A stretch of DNA of 64,000 nt from NCBI GenBank assembly GCA_013115145.1, contig JAAPAO010000069.1, positions 1-64,000 on the forward strand. The letters run 5' to 3'. Both the position numbers and the translations under genes were made by a program. Every line of letters begins with the position of its first letter. The first letter of the stretch is position 1. This document shows, one piece after another, positions 49,501 through 61,500 of this stretch. Origin of the DNA: Perkinsus chesapeaki ATCC PRA-425 (Eukaryota > Protista > Perkinsozoa). The notes under the pieces were generated by a model. That model worked only from the letters and a program-made list of their open reading frames with translations, had not been told where the DNA came from and ran no database searches.

Positions 49501-52500
49501 TAGTCTTCTCTGCATCCTCCACCTATAAGAATCCACATTGTTGCTAAGTGAAACCGAACACACACACCTGTTCCGTGACTGCCTCACTGATGGTCTTCGA
49601 TTCGTTAAGAGTGTTAACCAGATTTAGGTCATCAAGAAGCGATCCTTTACTCTCTGACAAAAGCCGTAGAATTTCGTTCTCCAGTTCCGCCAGACGATTT
49701 TTGCCCTTCGACACCTAAACAACCAGCAGACCGTAGCTATCGCAAGTCAGCCCTCGGGGATCTTCGGTACCTGTACGACCAGGTCACTCTTCTGCTGCTC
49801 CATCTGAGGCTCTTCTTTCTTAACCACGACCCCAAGCAGTTGGCTGGACAGGCCTTCCTCAACCACCACAAAATTAACAATAGTGGTTTTGGTCGAGACC
49901 TCTGGAGTGTAGTGCGGATTGCCTAGCTTAGTTGTTAAATAGAACTTGAAGTCGGGATTGTAGAAGAGGTTGGATTCGCCGATCTGAATGCTCAGGCTTC
50001 CTCCAGTGTTCACGATGTTCTTGGCCAAAACCGGCTCCAGCGAAGGATCGAGCTCCTCGCCGACATTCTCCATCAGACATGGTTTGCCATACTCTATCGC
50101 TCTCTCGATTGTCCGCATGAAGTTGGGCGTGTTCGGGTCGAATATACGCAAGTCATTCTTGCTCTCCATGTCCCTTATCCATCGATTCGCCTGATTCTGT
50201 GGATCCACCATCAGTGGCCAGCGCCGAGAGCGTGTCACCAGTATGCCGTTCTCAGTGGAGAAGCCATCCGTTGGCAATCCCTGCCAGAGCGCTTTTGAAG
50301 CGGAAGAGCCACGTTACTCAAGGCCAACCTGGAGATTCCAAATCCGCACCTCGGCAGGATCGGCCATGAAGTCTTGAAAGTCGAACTCATCCGAAAACGG
50401 TATTCCCAGCTCCTGGACCATTGGCATCCATTTATCCTGGACCAAAGCGTCCCTCATCGCCGAGCCAAAGGGACCGGCATAACTCTGGAACGCTGCAGCC
50501 ACCTGTGAGTCAGAGGTCTGCGCAACAGTGATGAGGACGACACTAACTAAGCAATCTCCAACAAGATGGCCGATTTGCTCATCATAGTCTTCGAGACTTA
50601 GCTCCCATCTATCCTTCTCACCAGCTAACCCTGATACCAGTTTCTCTGCTCGTTCCAGCTTAGTCTTCAAATCTTCAGCCTAACCGACATACGTTTGAAG
50701 GACGCGTAGCGCGTGAGTGCCGGCAAAACGATACAGATAGTCTAATCGCTCCGTATACATTTACCACTACAGAATCAGAAGTCTACCTGGTTCGTGAGCG
50801 TCTCCTTGGCATCATTGCTTTCATCAAATTGGCTCTTCAAGGTTGCCAAAGTGTCCTGCACCTGCTGCAGTTTCTCCATGGCCTCAGCCAACTGCTTCTG
50901 TTTGGCGTGTAGTGTCTCAGCCGCCCGTCTCAACTTCAGTCGCTTCGGCTCGACCTCTCTAAACACCTCCGCATACACCTATTACCACCTTCCGCGCCTG
51001 TCCAGCCAGCATGCCAGCCTCACCTTCATGGCGTGTACCCATTGACAAAGAGCTCCAGCGGCAACACTAACCTTTCCCACTGCAGTAGGTGTGAAGCTCG
51101 GATCCTTAGTGAACCTACCCGAATAACTATCCCACACTGAACAGCAGTATTTGTACTTTTCTATTTTCTTCACAGTGGTATTGGATATATTATCCTTATC
51201 AAACGTTTTGATTCTGTGAAGGAAGTTAACATCGTTAAGCTCCAGCTTAGCCTGGGCCCATGTCGCCGGCTTCTCCATAACCGTCATCACAGCACACATC
51301 GTCTTCATCACCAGCTCCGGTGGCTTAGCGTACACCTACGTCGACCACCACCGCGACCGTTTGCACTGCCTCTTGAACAATTAAGAATCATCACCTTAAC
51401 CTCCGCAATGGCCTTCTTATCCAACTTGTTAAGAGCATCCTCCGAAGCCTGCAGCGCTGGCATTGCCTTATCTAGGTCTGCTTGAGCATCAGCGGCTAGA
51501 ATCTACATAGTAAGCTGTGAACAGTAGCTGTAAAACGGGTACGTCACCAGCTCCGTTGCTCACCCCCTCCCCTACATAGTACCTCAGTCTCCTTTGTTTC
51601 CGCCTGTATCCTCACTTCATCAGCTCTCACAGTTTTCTCCTGCTCAGCCGCATTAGCTCGCTTCTCCACAATGACAACCATCAGCTCCTGGCATTCCTTC
51701 TGCTTCTTCGATACAATTTCCTGTACATCCAGTTTCATTCGCCATCAGTCCGCAGCTGCCCTACCTGATTCTTCTCCAGCACCACGCTCATCTCCTCCAC
51801 TTGCGTCCTCGCCTCCATAAGCTTCGACAGACCATTGCGGAGTTTATCCGCCGACCCTCCAATAGACTCGCCCTTCTCTCGCAGCGCTGTCACATAGCCT
51901 TGCACCTGACCAAACACCTCACCCCATCCAGGCCGACACTCCAGCACCAGTTCCAGATAGTTCGTTGGTGTGACGTAATTGTGTCGCTTTTGTGTCTCAA
52001 GCATTATGTGACTGTACTCTACCACCGCCGTGTGAGCCGAACCGAACACCGACGAAACACTGGCCACGTGCTCTTGAGGTAACCCTGATCGGAAATGCCC
52101 ACCCAGACCGTACGCGGCTCTACCTTGAGCTCCTGATAGGAACTTCATCGCCACCTCGGTCAGAGCTTCACTCGGCCACGAGAGGAACCAATCAATTGTC
52201 GAACAGTTGACCAGTGAAGGATACCTGCGTGAACATTGGGGAAGTTAAGCCTGGCAGTTTCCCTTACATTCTGCAATAGTTCCTAAATCCATCTCCAATA
52301 GGGCTTGCGCAGAACACCACATGCAAGTTCTCACGGATCCTCGAGAGGAAGAAATCATAAATAGCCTCCGGACCAAATGGCACTCCAGCTTCCTTAGCAG
52401 GCTTCTCAAGAGCAGTGCGAACCTAGCAGTAACTCAGTAGTACAAACCTAATGGTGTTCCCATTCACCTGATTGAGCTCATCGCTGGCATAAAGATTCGG

Positions 52501-55500
52501 GACTTCTCCACTGGATAGGATATTCGAGACATCCTCCAAAAAGCTCTCCTCGCAGATCTCAGTATCGCTGAACAGGAACGTCACATTCTGCGAATTCACC
52601 CCGGCTATCTCATAGATTGCTTTGATGTCATCTCGGAACCTGAAAGCGGCGGCCTTACCCTCCTACAGTCTGTTCCTTGTACTTCTGGTGATTGTAGTTT
52701 TTATTGATCTCTATCTGGAAGCACTTGTACTCAGCGATATAAGAAGCCAGTCGTGTTTGGCAATGTCGGCCGCTACCGCCTACCCCCACCAAAAGGGCGT
52801 TACCACGCGGCATCCTTATCACTCTGACAACAACAACAACAACTATACAACTGGGCCGAGCTGAGTAAGCCTTCTCTACACATTTCCAGGTCAAGTTGAT
52901 TATTTTCCCGGATTTTCCATAGTTACCACTTTTGAACCAATTCCGCAGGCTTCACATTATACCATACTATTACGATAATTTACCTCGTCCACTAAGTATT
53001 AAAAATACGGGTAAAAATAGGAACCAGGGAGTGCTGTACAAAAACCATCTCCCTGTCTGCAAAGCCTTGGAGTCCCAGCCCTATATAGTTCAACTACCAC
53101 CTTAGAACCCTCAAGCAGTGCTCAATAGCGTCCTTAAAAAGGACTATATCCATCGCCTTCCCCTTCATCTCATCGTTATAATTCTCCAGCTTAGCCTCCA
53201 TAAACATCTTCAATCCTTTCTTATCAATCATCTGCTCATACGGTGGATTCTCAGCCTCGTAGTTCTTCAGATTTATTCCTCCAAATACAATATCGTACGC
53301 ATGCTCATCTTGCTGCAGTACCTGCCCATCACCCTCCAGCTCCACCCCTCACACCCATCCTACCTCCTTCAGCCGAATCTGCATGCTTTGGTCCATCACC
53401 TCGTCAATTTCGTTAATGAACTGGATCCTGTCCTCCTCGCTTATCAATCGATCCATGAAGACTCGACAGCACTCATGCAGCCATAGACGCAGCAGTTTTT
53501 CCTTCTCCTCGAAGTTCCCCGGTTGAGCCTGCACTCACCTCTCCGCCTCGCCCCATACGCCAATGCCTTCTCACCAAATAGATGCCTTGAAAAACTTTAC
53601 TGACATCCCGCAGATTGAAGAGATAGTGGCATTTGCTGGGTGTCGGCAGGAACTTCTCCTGAACAATCACAGTACCCCGCTACGGCCTCGCTACGGCAGG
53701 CCACCTGTATGACACTGTATAGAGATGTCGTGGCGGTCGTGATAACCTCCGACATCGCCTTCAGGTCGTCTCGGAAGCCCGAGTCTAGCTTATGTGAGCA
53801 CAATGTCTGGAAAACTCGCTTCACTTGCGAGTCCGATGGGTTCACCTTAAAACGCCCCATTTCGCCAAAGGCGACCAGCGGCCCACTCACCACACAAATC
53901 AGATTGAATCGACTCTGCAGGCGTCTAGAAATAACCGCCCTTCCACCGCCTGGGGGGCCCATCGCTCCAACAAGTTGAATATCCTGTATAAACCGCAAGC
54001 TCTGCTTTTTACGGTCATACCTGATTCCCCACTCTCCCCCTAACTCCCCTCCTCCTACCAGCATTCATAATCCATCCATTGACGTAGCAGCTCCAGGGGC
54101 GGCTGGCTTCCAAAGAAATCCTTCCTGGGCATGTTGAGATCGTCCACAAGTATAACCATCCTCCTGCTCATCGGTGGCCCGAACTTATTCTTGATTCGCT
54201 TCTCCACTCTACCCTCGATGATTTCCTAAGGCCCAGCCTGTAGAGGTAGCCCACCATCCCTACTGCCTACCTGAACCATCGCACTGCTGGTTTGAGCACT
54301 GAGATTGATAACCAGACTGCACCACTTAGACTTGTCCTCATTGCAGTCCGACAAAACCTGTTCCAGGTTCAACTACCGATTCCAGAAGGCCACAGTCCAC
54401 ATACCTGCTGCGCCGCAACGGTCTTTCCTGTTCCTGTATGGCCCACAAGCAGTACGTGGTGATGGTGTGATACCAGCGTCGATACCACATTACCGTGCCT
54501 CAAAGTGTCGACAGTCGGCACTATGATCTTGTGAAACGGCAAGTCCCCTGGCCTGAGGGACGCTCCACCGTATGGTTGTCATTTGGGTCTACTTGAAAGG
54601 GTTCGGTAAACGATCCTCCCAAAGGGAGAACTCTCCCGTCTTCTCTACGCTCCACATCGCATAGTCGTAGACAGTCTGACCATGCGGGAAGACGCTACCG
54701 TCGATTTCTCTTATCGACGAGTCCAAGCTTGCTCTGGCCATCTCTGTCACCGATGCTCCCAAAGACCATACCAAACAGAACAGGAACGCCTGCCATCCCA
54801 AAACCACTTGCCCCACCACTACCTCACATTGCATGTTTACCTTTTCCAGCACATCACCTGCCTTGTCGCCATACCCGTCGTAGTTGAGACTTGCACCGAA
54901 GCATTCAAAGAGCCGACAAAGACTCATCACCTAACGATCACCCTTTCCGGTAAAGATTCCGCGGCCCCCTCACTCACCCCGTTGATCTCGCTAATAGGCA
55001 CCAACTCTGGCAGTCCCCTCCTTGCCTTGAGAACCCTAGGAACCCACTTCTGGAACAGATCAGCCATTTCAGTAAGCCGCTCTCCAGAGAACTGCGCTGG
55101 ATTTAACGTTCCCAACTTGGCCAGCCACGACTGGGAGTATGGCGCCCATCCAAGATCATGTACGTCGAAATAAACCATACCTATCCAACAAGGGCGTGCC
55201 TTGTCATTGGATGGAATGATGAAAGGCTTCTCTGTATCTCTCTGGTGAAGGGTAACCTACCCGCACGACTGACTGTTGCTGGTGATGCTACGCTCAAATC
55301 CTCCACTTCAAAGAGTAATGATACTTGAGCTGGCATAGATATACGATCGCCATTAATAAGAGTCAGAACCTAAACCAACATTATTACCTCCAACACCCCT
55401 TCCCTTTACTACTTTATTATCGTCTAGCACTGTGTTCATGCTTTCAATCCACAGCGTATCGACAGGACCGTCCAACACTATCCACTTCTCATCTGCTTTT

Positions 55501-58500
55501 TCATCCTGAACTCCAATCAATCCGCTCACCTCTGCCGCGGCCCGGCCCACCTGACAAGCTTGCCTCATCAAAGTAGAGAACACCCCATCAGTCCACTCCA
55601 TAGTGGTCAGGTCGTATGCGCCGTACAGCTCGTCCATGGTGATTGACTTCGGGTTAAGAACATAGTAAAGCACTCTATCGTACCCACCAACATTCCGCTT
55701 AGCCAGCCGACTCTTTGTCTCGGCCAGCACCTGATCGACGGCACCACGGGCAACAGCTAAGATAGACAACACTGCACTCACCTTCCAAGCGGTGCTTTTA
55801 CCGCCAAGACTCGCTCCAACAAGCATGTTACCGTGTCGTGTAATCTTGGTCTCGTACGTGTGGATGACCTAACATACAGGGTGATGCGAGAAAAGTCTGC
55901 CACCACATTTCTCTATGTAACGATTTTTTTCTTGAGCTATTACCCGGAACCTAATTCGAATATCGCAATGGTTCATGAGGCATTAGAAAGAGCTCGCAGA
56001 GAGCTTCAAGTTGGTACCTTACTTTACTCCTAACTCTCACTGGCCCAAAAATTATGAGGTATGGGCCCTTTTTTCGCATCACCCTACAGATACATTCAGC
56101 ACCGCATATTAAGAGTTCAATATTCCAGATGGTATCCCTCACCTTGTGGACAGCATGGTCTGTCGGCTGCAGCTTGAAGTCGACTAGCACTTCCTTAATA
56201 CCCTTTTCCAAATCGCCATAGTCCGGATCTGGCAGCTCCAGGCCAGGGAAGAGGTCTCCAAGCAGGGCCGTGTACAAAGGCTTATCCTGCATGGCCCGTC
56301 GATGATTAGAAAATACTGGTTGATCATCTTACCTGCGAAACCCACTTTGGGGCATTCATGTCGTTGATAGCCCTCATAAGTATCGCGGCTTCGCTCATCT
56401 CAGGCTCATTACGCTTCAATGCTCCGGCACAGTTCAAGACACTCTTGATGCTCCTTAGACCAAAGTCATAGTGATCCTGATGATGACCGAATGAAAAGTG
56501 AATCTCTCCACATGCCATCTCTACTAGGATAAAGAGGATAAATTAGAGCTACACAAGGTTATATTTCGCCTCGTACTTTGAATGACTTAACCATAATCGC
56601 CGTAGCACCGAACTTCGGTGCTATGGCGATAATGGTGACTTATAACATCTTATCTATACTAGCCCGAGCTGGGCCTCGGTGACCGAAGGCACGCTAAGAC
56701 TCAGCCGACTAGCCTAACCAACCTGTTTGCTCATCTGTTGGACCATCATTGTGTAAAGTGTAACCATCTTCTTAGCCAACGGCTTAAAGTCCATAAACCC
56801 TTCCGATACCAGCATAATCTCAGCAATCATTGCCAAGTCCGGCACCTATGCCACAACTGCTCCGCAACACTGTCCAACTTCGGACCATTCCTAATTACCA
56901 TCATAGCCACCGGTCTGAACAAGCTCTTCAGGTTATCCGGCAGTTCGCTTCGCCCTGCGTATCCTGGATTCATAGTGATGAACACCGCACAGTTCTTGTC
57001 CAGTTTAATCATATTCTCCTCGAACATAAACGTCTCCCTCTCCTCCCGAAGTGCCGTCTGCCAAACAACAGTTATGATCATCATCATCCTGCCCCCCCCC
57101 GAACCCCCGCCGTCCGAGGCCTACCTGAATGCAGAGGATCTGTGCCGCTACCACCGATAACACCTCAACCTCAATACGATTGAACTCATCAAAGCATCCC
57201 CAAGCTCCTGCTTGAGCAAGACCGCTGAACATTCTCCCCAGCGACTTGTAGTCCAGACCATCACTGCAATTGAAGACTATAACATACTTCGCCATACCCT
57301 TCCCCAAATCCTTCACCGATTCAGTTTTCCCCGTCCCCGCTGGCCCCTGAGGAGCTCCACCCCTCTTCAGATGCATGGCCGTGGTCAGTGTCATATAGCA
57401 ACGGTCCGTCATCGGTGTTATAACCAACCTACCATTGTTGCCTTGATACTCATATCCGTATGGATTCGATGTGTTCGTCTGGAGCACCACACATGACAAC
57501 ACCGGTGCCGCGTCCTTCTGCTGCCCTGTGAGTTCCAGCATACCAGTCACGATGGCAGGATCCCCTCGACCGTTCTCCATTTCCCTCAGCTCAAACCGGA
57601 GCTGAGACAGCCAATTGAAGTGCTGTGGGGATTCACACTTGAGCGCAATGAGTCTTTCTTGCACGTCTCTAGCATGCACCTCGATAGTAATCAGCGCCAC
57701 CACTTTGTTCCTGTCCACCTTGCTCAGCGGCGTCCGTATCATATCCGTCAACTTAGCGATGGTCTTGGTCTGTCTCTTCCTGCATACCCTCATCGCGCTC
57801 TTGCTCCCTTCAGCCACCTTCCCCAGCGCTGTCTGGCAGCTCATCGTCCACGCAATTTGGCCGGCGGTAATTAAAAGCTGCCCCGGAAACTTCAGTACCC
57901 ACTTGTCCTTCTTCAAGCCCTTCGGTGGGGAACAATTAGACTGCTGGCAAGTAACCAGCAGCTTCAGTAGCGTATCTTTCATCCGCCGTTCAACCTGTGA
58001 TAACCAGCCCTCCACTGGCGGGTCCAGCACCACCGACTTCGAAAACGGCACTTTCTCACCATCCGGCGAAATCATGCCCACCGCCTCGTACACCGTCTTT
58101 TTGTCCTGACTTGTCTTCACCAAATCGAGCACCTTGATTCCCTCGAAGCACTTTTTGATGTGCTTCTGGACCAACTCTGGCTCCTTCGCTTGTCCCAGGA
58201 TTTCCAGCAGATCGTCATTCGACAGAAAATAGAACCGCGGAAACAGAGTCCGCTTTCGCTCCAAGTAGTCGTCCAGAGCCTTCTGGATCTTCTCCAGCTT
58301 CTCCATGAAATCATTCAAGTCCTTCAACATTTTCCCGCTCTTCTCGCCCGCACAGGACGCTATAGCGTTCGGCCTGTTGTAGATAGCTCGCAGCATCTTC
58401 GGGAATCCTGCATTCACATCGTCGAACCATGCGCTCTCCGTGGGCAGGTGCGGCCGGATATCATCGCTGCCGACAAAGATGTTTTCCAGGTACATCCAGG

Positions 58501-61500
58501 ACCGCTGAACAGCTAGAATCGTCTCGACAATCTCACTGACATTGGCCAGCATCTGCTCCCACTTTTCAACCTTCTCAGCGAACGGTAAGTAGAACTGCGA
58601 GCTCTTCATGTCCGACAACTTGAGCACGTGCTCCTCGAGTGTTTGGAACAACTCCTCCGTACCTTGCGCAAAGCCAGTCAACCGAGCAGAGGGATGAATC
58701 CGTACCCTACAACTTGGCGTATCATATGAAACCCGATCGACTACTATAATATTAATCGAACATTGAGCCCCGAACAGTAGTAGTACTATTGTTCGGGGAC
58801 TAGGGAGTGAAGAGCAACGGGGGATACAAGACGACGCTTATTCAAGTGGATAAAGCACGCAGGAACATTCAAACGCATCCTTTCTTAATGCTCCTTAGTG
58901 ACTCCCTGATCCCTATCCACCTACTCTTTATTTTAACATAAGTCTGTTTATACTCTCCCATTTCTATCTCCATACTTGCCCATACCCCTTCGATCATTTC
59001 CAGACTCGACTCTATCTCATACTGCTTCCGGGCCTCATCAGCCAGTCTAGCAACCAGTTCGGAGTGCTTATGCAGCTCCAGCTCGAACACCTGATAATCC
59101 TCGTGAACTGGAGGCGGGCGAACACAAGCGCACCTTTCCTAGAGTGAAGTCCTCCCCCTGAGGATCGAACTCGCGACCTATCTCCTCCATAATCGCCTTC
59201 CAGTGACGCTCTCGCATCGCATCGGACCTCAACAATAAGTACTCGTACCAACCTCATCACCAGAAGCGCACCTCAGATTGGTGATGAGCGGCATTGCCAC
59301 TCTGAACTCGTCTATCCCCTTCTTCAAGTTCTGCCACACGCCCCAGTTACCCATACTCCCCCTCAACTTCACACACTACAAACGAGCCAGTAAGCCCCTC
59401 CCCCACTTCTTCACACAAGTCCCACCTTCTTCTGGTACCCTGTCGCCATAGCATCCATATCCTCCACCTACAGCAGCAGCAGCAGCAACAGCATCAACTA
59501 ACGATGCACTAGGCCCTCCCAACCACCTGAAGATCTCTGAACTGAGCCCTCCTGATCTCCTCCATTTGATCATCCCAATCAGCTCGGTAGCCCCAAATAG
59601 TCTTCAACGATTCCACTTGTTCGCTCATTTTCTCCAGCTCCTTGTACACAGTCACCTACCAACCCCCGCTGTCTTCACTCGCCACAATAGCATTGCTACA
59701 TCCATCTTGAACAGGTCTAGGTTGGCCAGGAACTCCGCCTCCTGCTTCCTCGCCCGTCTCAGGTCCTCTGTAAAATCATCCAACATATCCATAGCCGCGG
59801 CGGTATCGGTGCCCTCAGAAGAGAAGGGAGCCTAACACAGAAAATGATACACACGCCTCATCGAACGCTTCCTGACCCGTTTGCCGAAGTTTTCAAACAG
59901 TCCCTTCACCGTGGACGCGAAAGACTGAAGCTCGTTCTCAAGCTGGACCTTCATCACCTTCTTGCTTTTGGATAATATCTACCACATCGTAACCCTGTCG
60001 TACAGCCTCCTACCTCTTCCCTCACCGACCTCCTCCGCCTCTGTCAAACTGTCCTTGAAGTGCTCCAAGCGAGGCCTCATCGAGACCCGACGGGCGGTCT
60101 CAACCTCGCTGGTGTTCACCTCGAAATCAGTCAGCTTCTTATACCTGCACAGTAGCGCCAAGATCGCTGGGGCTCCTCCTCCTGCTGCTACTGCTGCTGC
60201 TTGCAGTCTCTCCTAGGCTACTATACAATTGCTAAAGCTTACATATCCTCCACTGGACGAATCCTTTCATCCATAGTCTCCACATCATTCGAGCAGGTAT
60301 CCAAGAGCTGGATGCGGTCCCGAAGCTGGTCAAAGTTGCGAGGTGTCGATAGCAACACTCTGGTATTGTTGGTGAAGTACCTGCCAATAACGAATTCACA
60401 ATACACCGACCACGTAAGAGATCTCTGTTGGAGCGTGTATGCATTCCAACGTACATGTTTCACCCTCTCGTTCGCCAATACATTCACACGAAAAGAGCTA
60501 CTCTGAAATTCCACTGAATTTTGTGTGTCACTCGTTCCGACACTTCGCTCCCTCTTAGGATCTGACCGCGCAGCTCACCCAAGTATCGAATCCAGCTGCT
60601 CCTTAGCATTCTTGTGCAGCAGTTCAGTGAGCTTAGCATGCCACTGCTGACAATGCTTGATCAGCTCGTTCTTCAGCTGGGTAAAGTCGGCATCAATGAA
60701 CCCTACAACCACCTTTAGATCCTCTTGTTGGATGTCCAACTGTAGATCCTTATATCTGACAACCAAGAAGTGATAGGCTAGGCTTATTCATACACACAAC
60801 CTTCGCCAACTTTGACAAGAGTGCCCCACCAACCACCTACGCCCGGCAAAGTGGATGAGATAGATCCAGTGACAATGTATAGTATACATGTAGTAGGGGT
60901 ATACAACATTATACAGTATACCCCTACCTTCCGTATAACTCACCTCTGTATATCAGCTGCCACAACATGCAGTGGTCTTTCAGTCTTTGCATAGCGTCGT
61001 ATAAAGGCATCTTTGTCTTGGCTTATTATTGGCTGATAACTCGTGTTCCACCATTTCAGTCTGTCTCCCAGTTGCACCGCGCTCTGGTTGAAGCCCTTAA
61101 GAATCTCCTTAACATACCTAGTAGAAGACAATCCCCCTCCGCCTCCTCCTGCTTCCCTCTCACTTTATAACGCATTCGTCATCCTTCGACACGTCTTCAA
61201 AATATGTGCCCTTGCTCGTCAATGACTCCTCGAATGCTGCATCCTAATATACAGTACAGCTTGAACAGCTGACACTTACAATATTCATACAAGGCTAGCA
61301 CGGGAGCATGCCATGCATTCCGAGTAGCGAAATGCAGCTCCGGGGAGCGATAGCGATAATCGAGAAATACACTCTACGGGAGGAATATAGCATTCTCTGC
61401 TGAACTAGGCGATACAAGTGGCTAGAATGACATCCCTGCAACAACAATAGTTAATATCACTACAATGTATAGTTACATAGGGAATCACCCCCTATGCAAA

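Noticed and set aside
17950-56674. Shared GCCCAGCTC(GGG) motif at 17950, 41249 and 56663 (reverse)
   Set aside because: Matches of 9-12 nt are expected by chance in 64 kb, and the flanks do not align.
59151-59180. tRNA T-arm-like sequence (AGGTCGCGAGTTCGATCCTCAGGGGGAGG on the minus strand)
   Set aside because: It is fully explained as dynein coding sequence ([13 protein letters not shown]), and no D-arm or anticodon arm is present.
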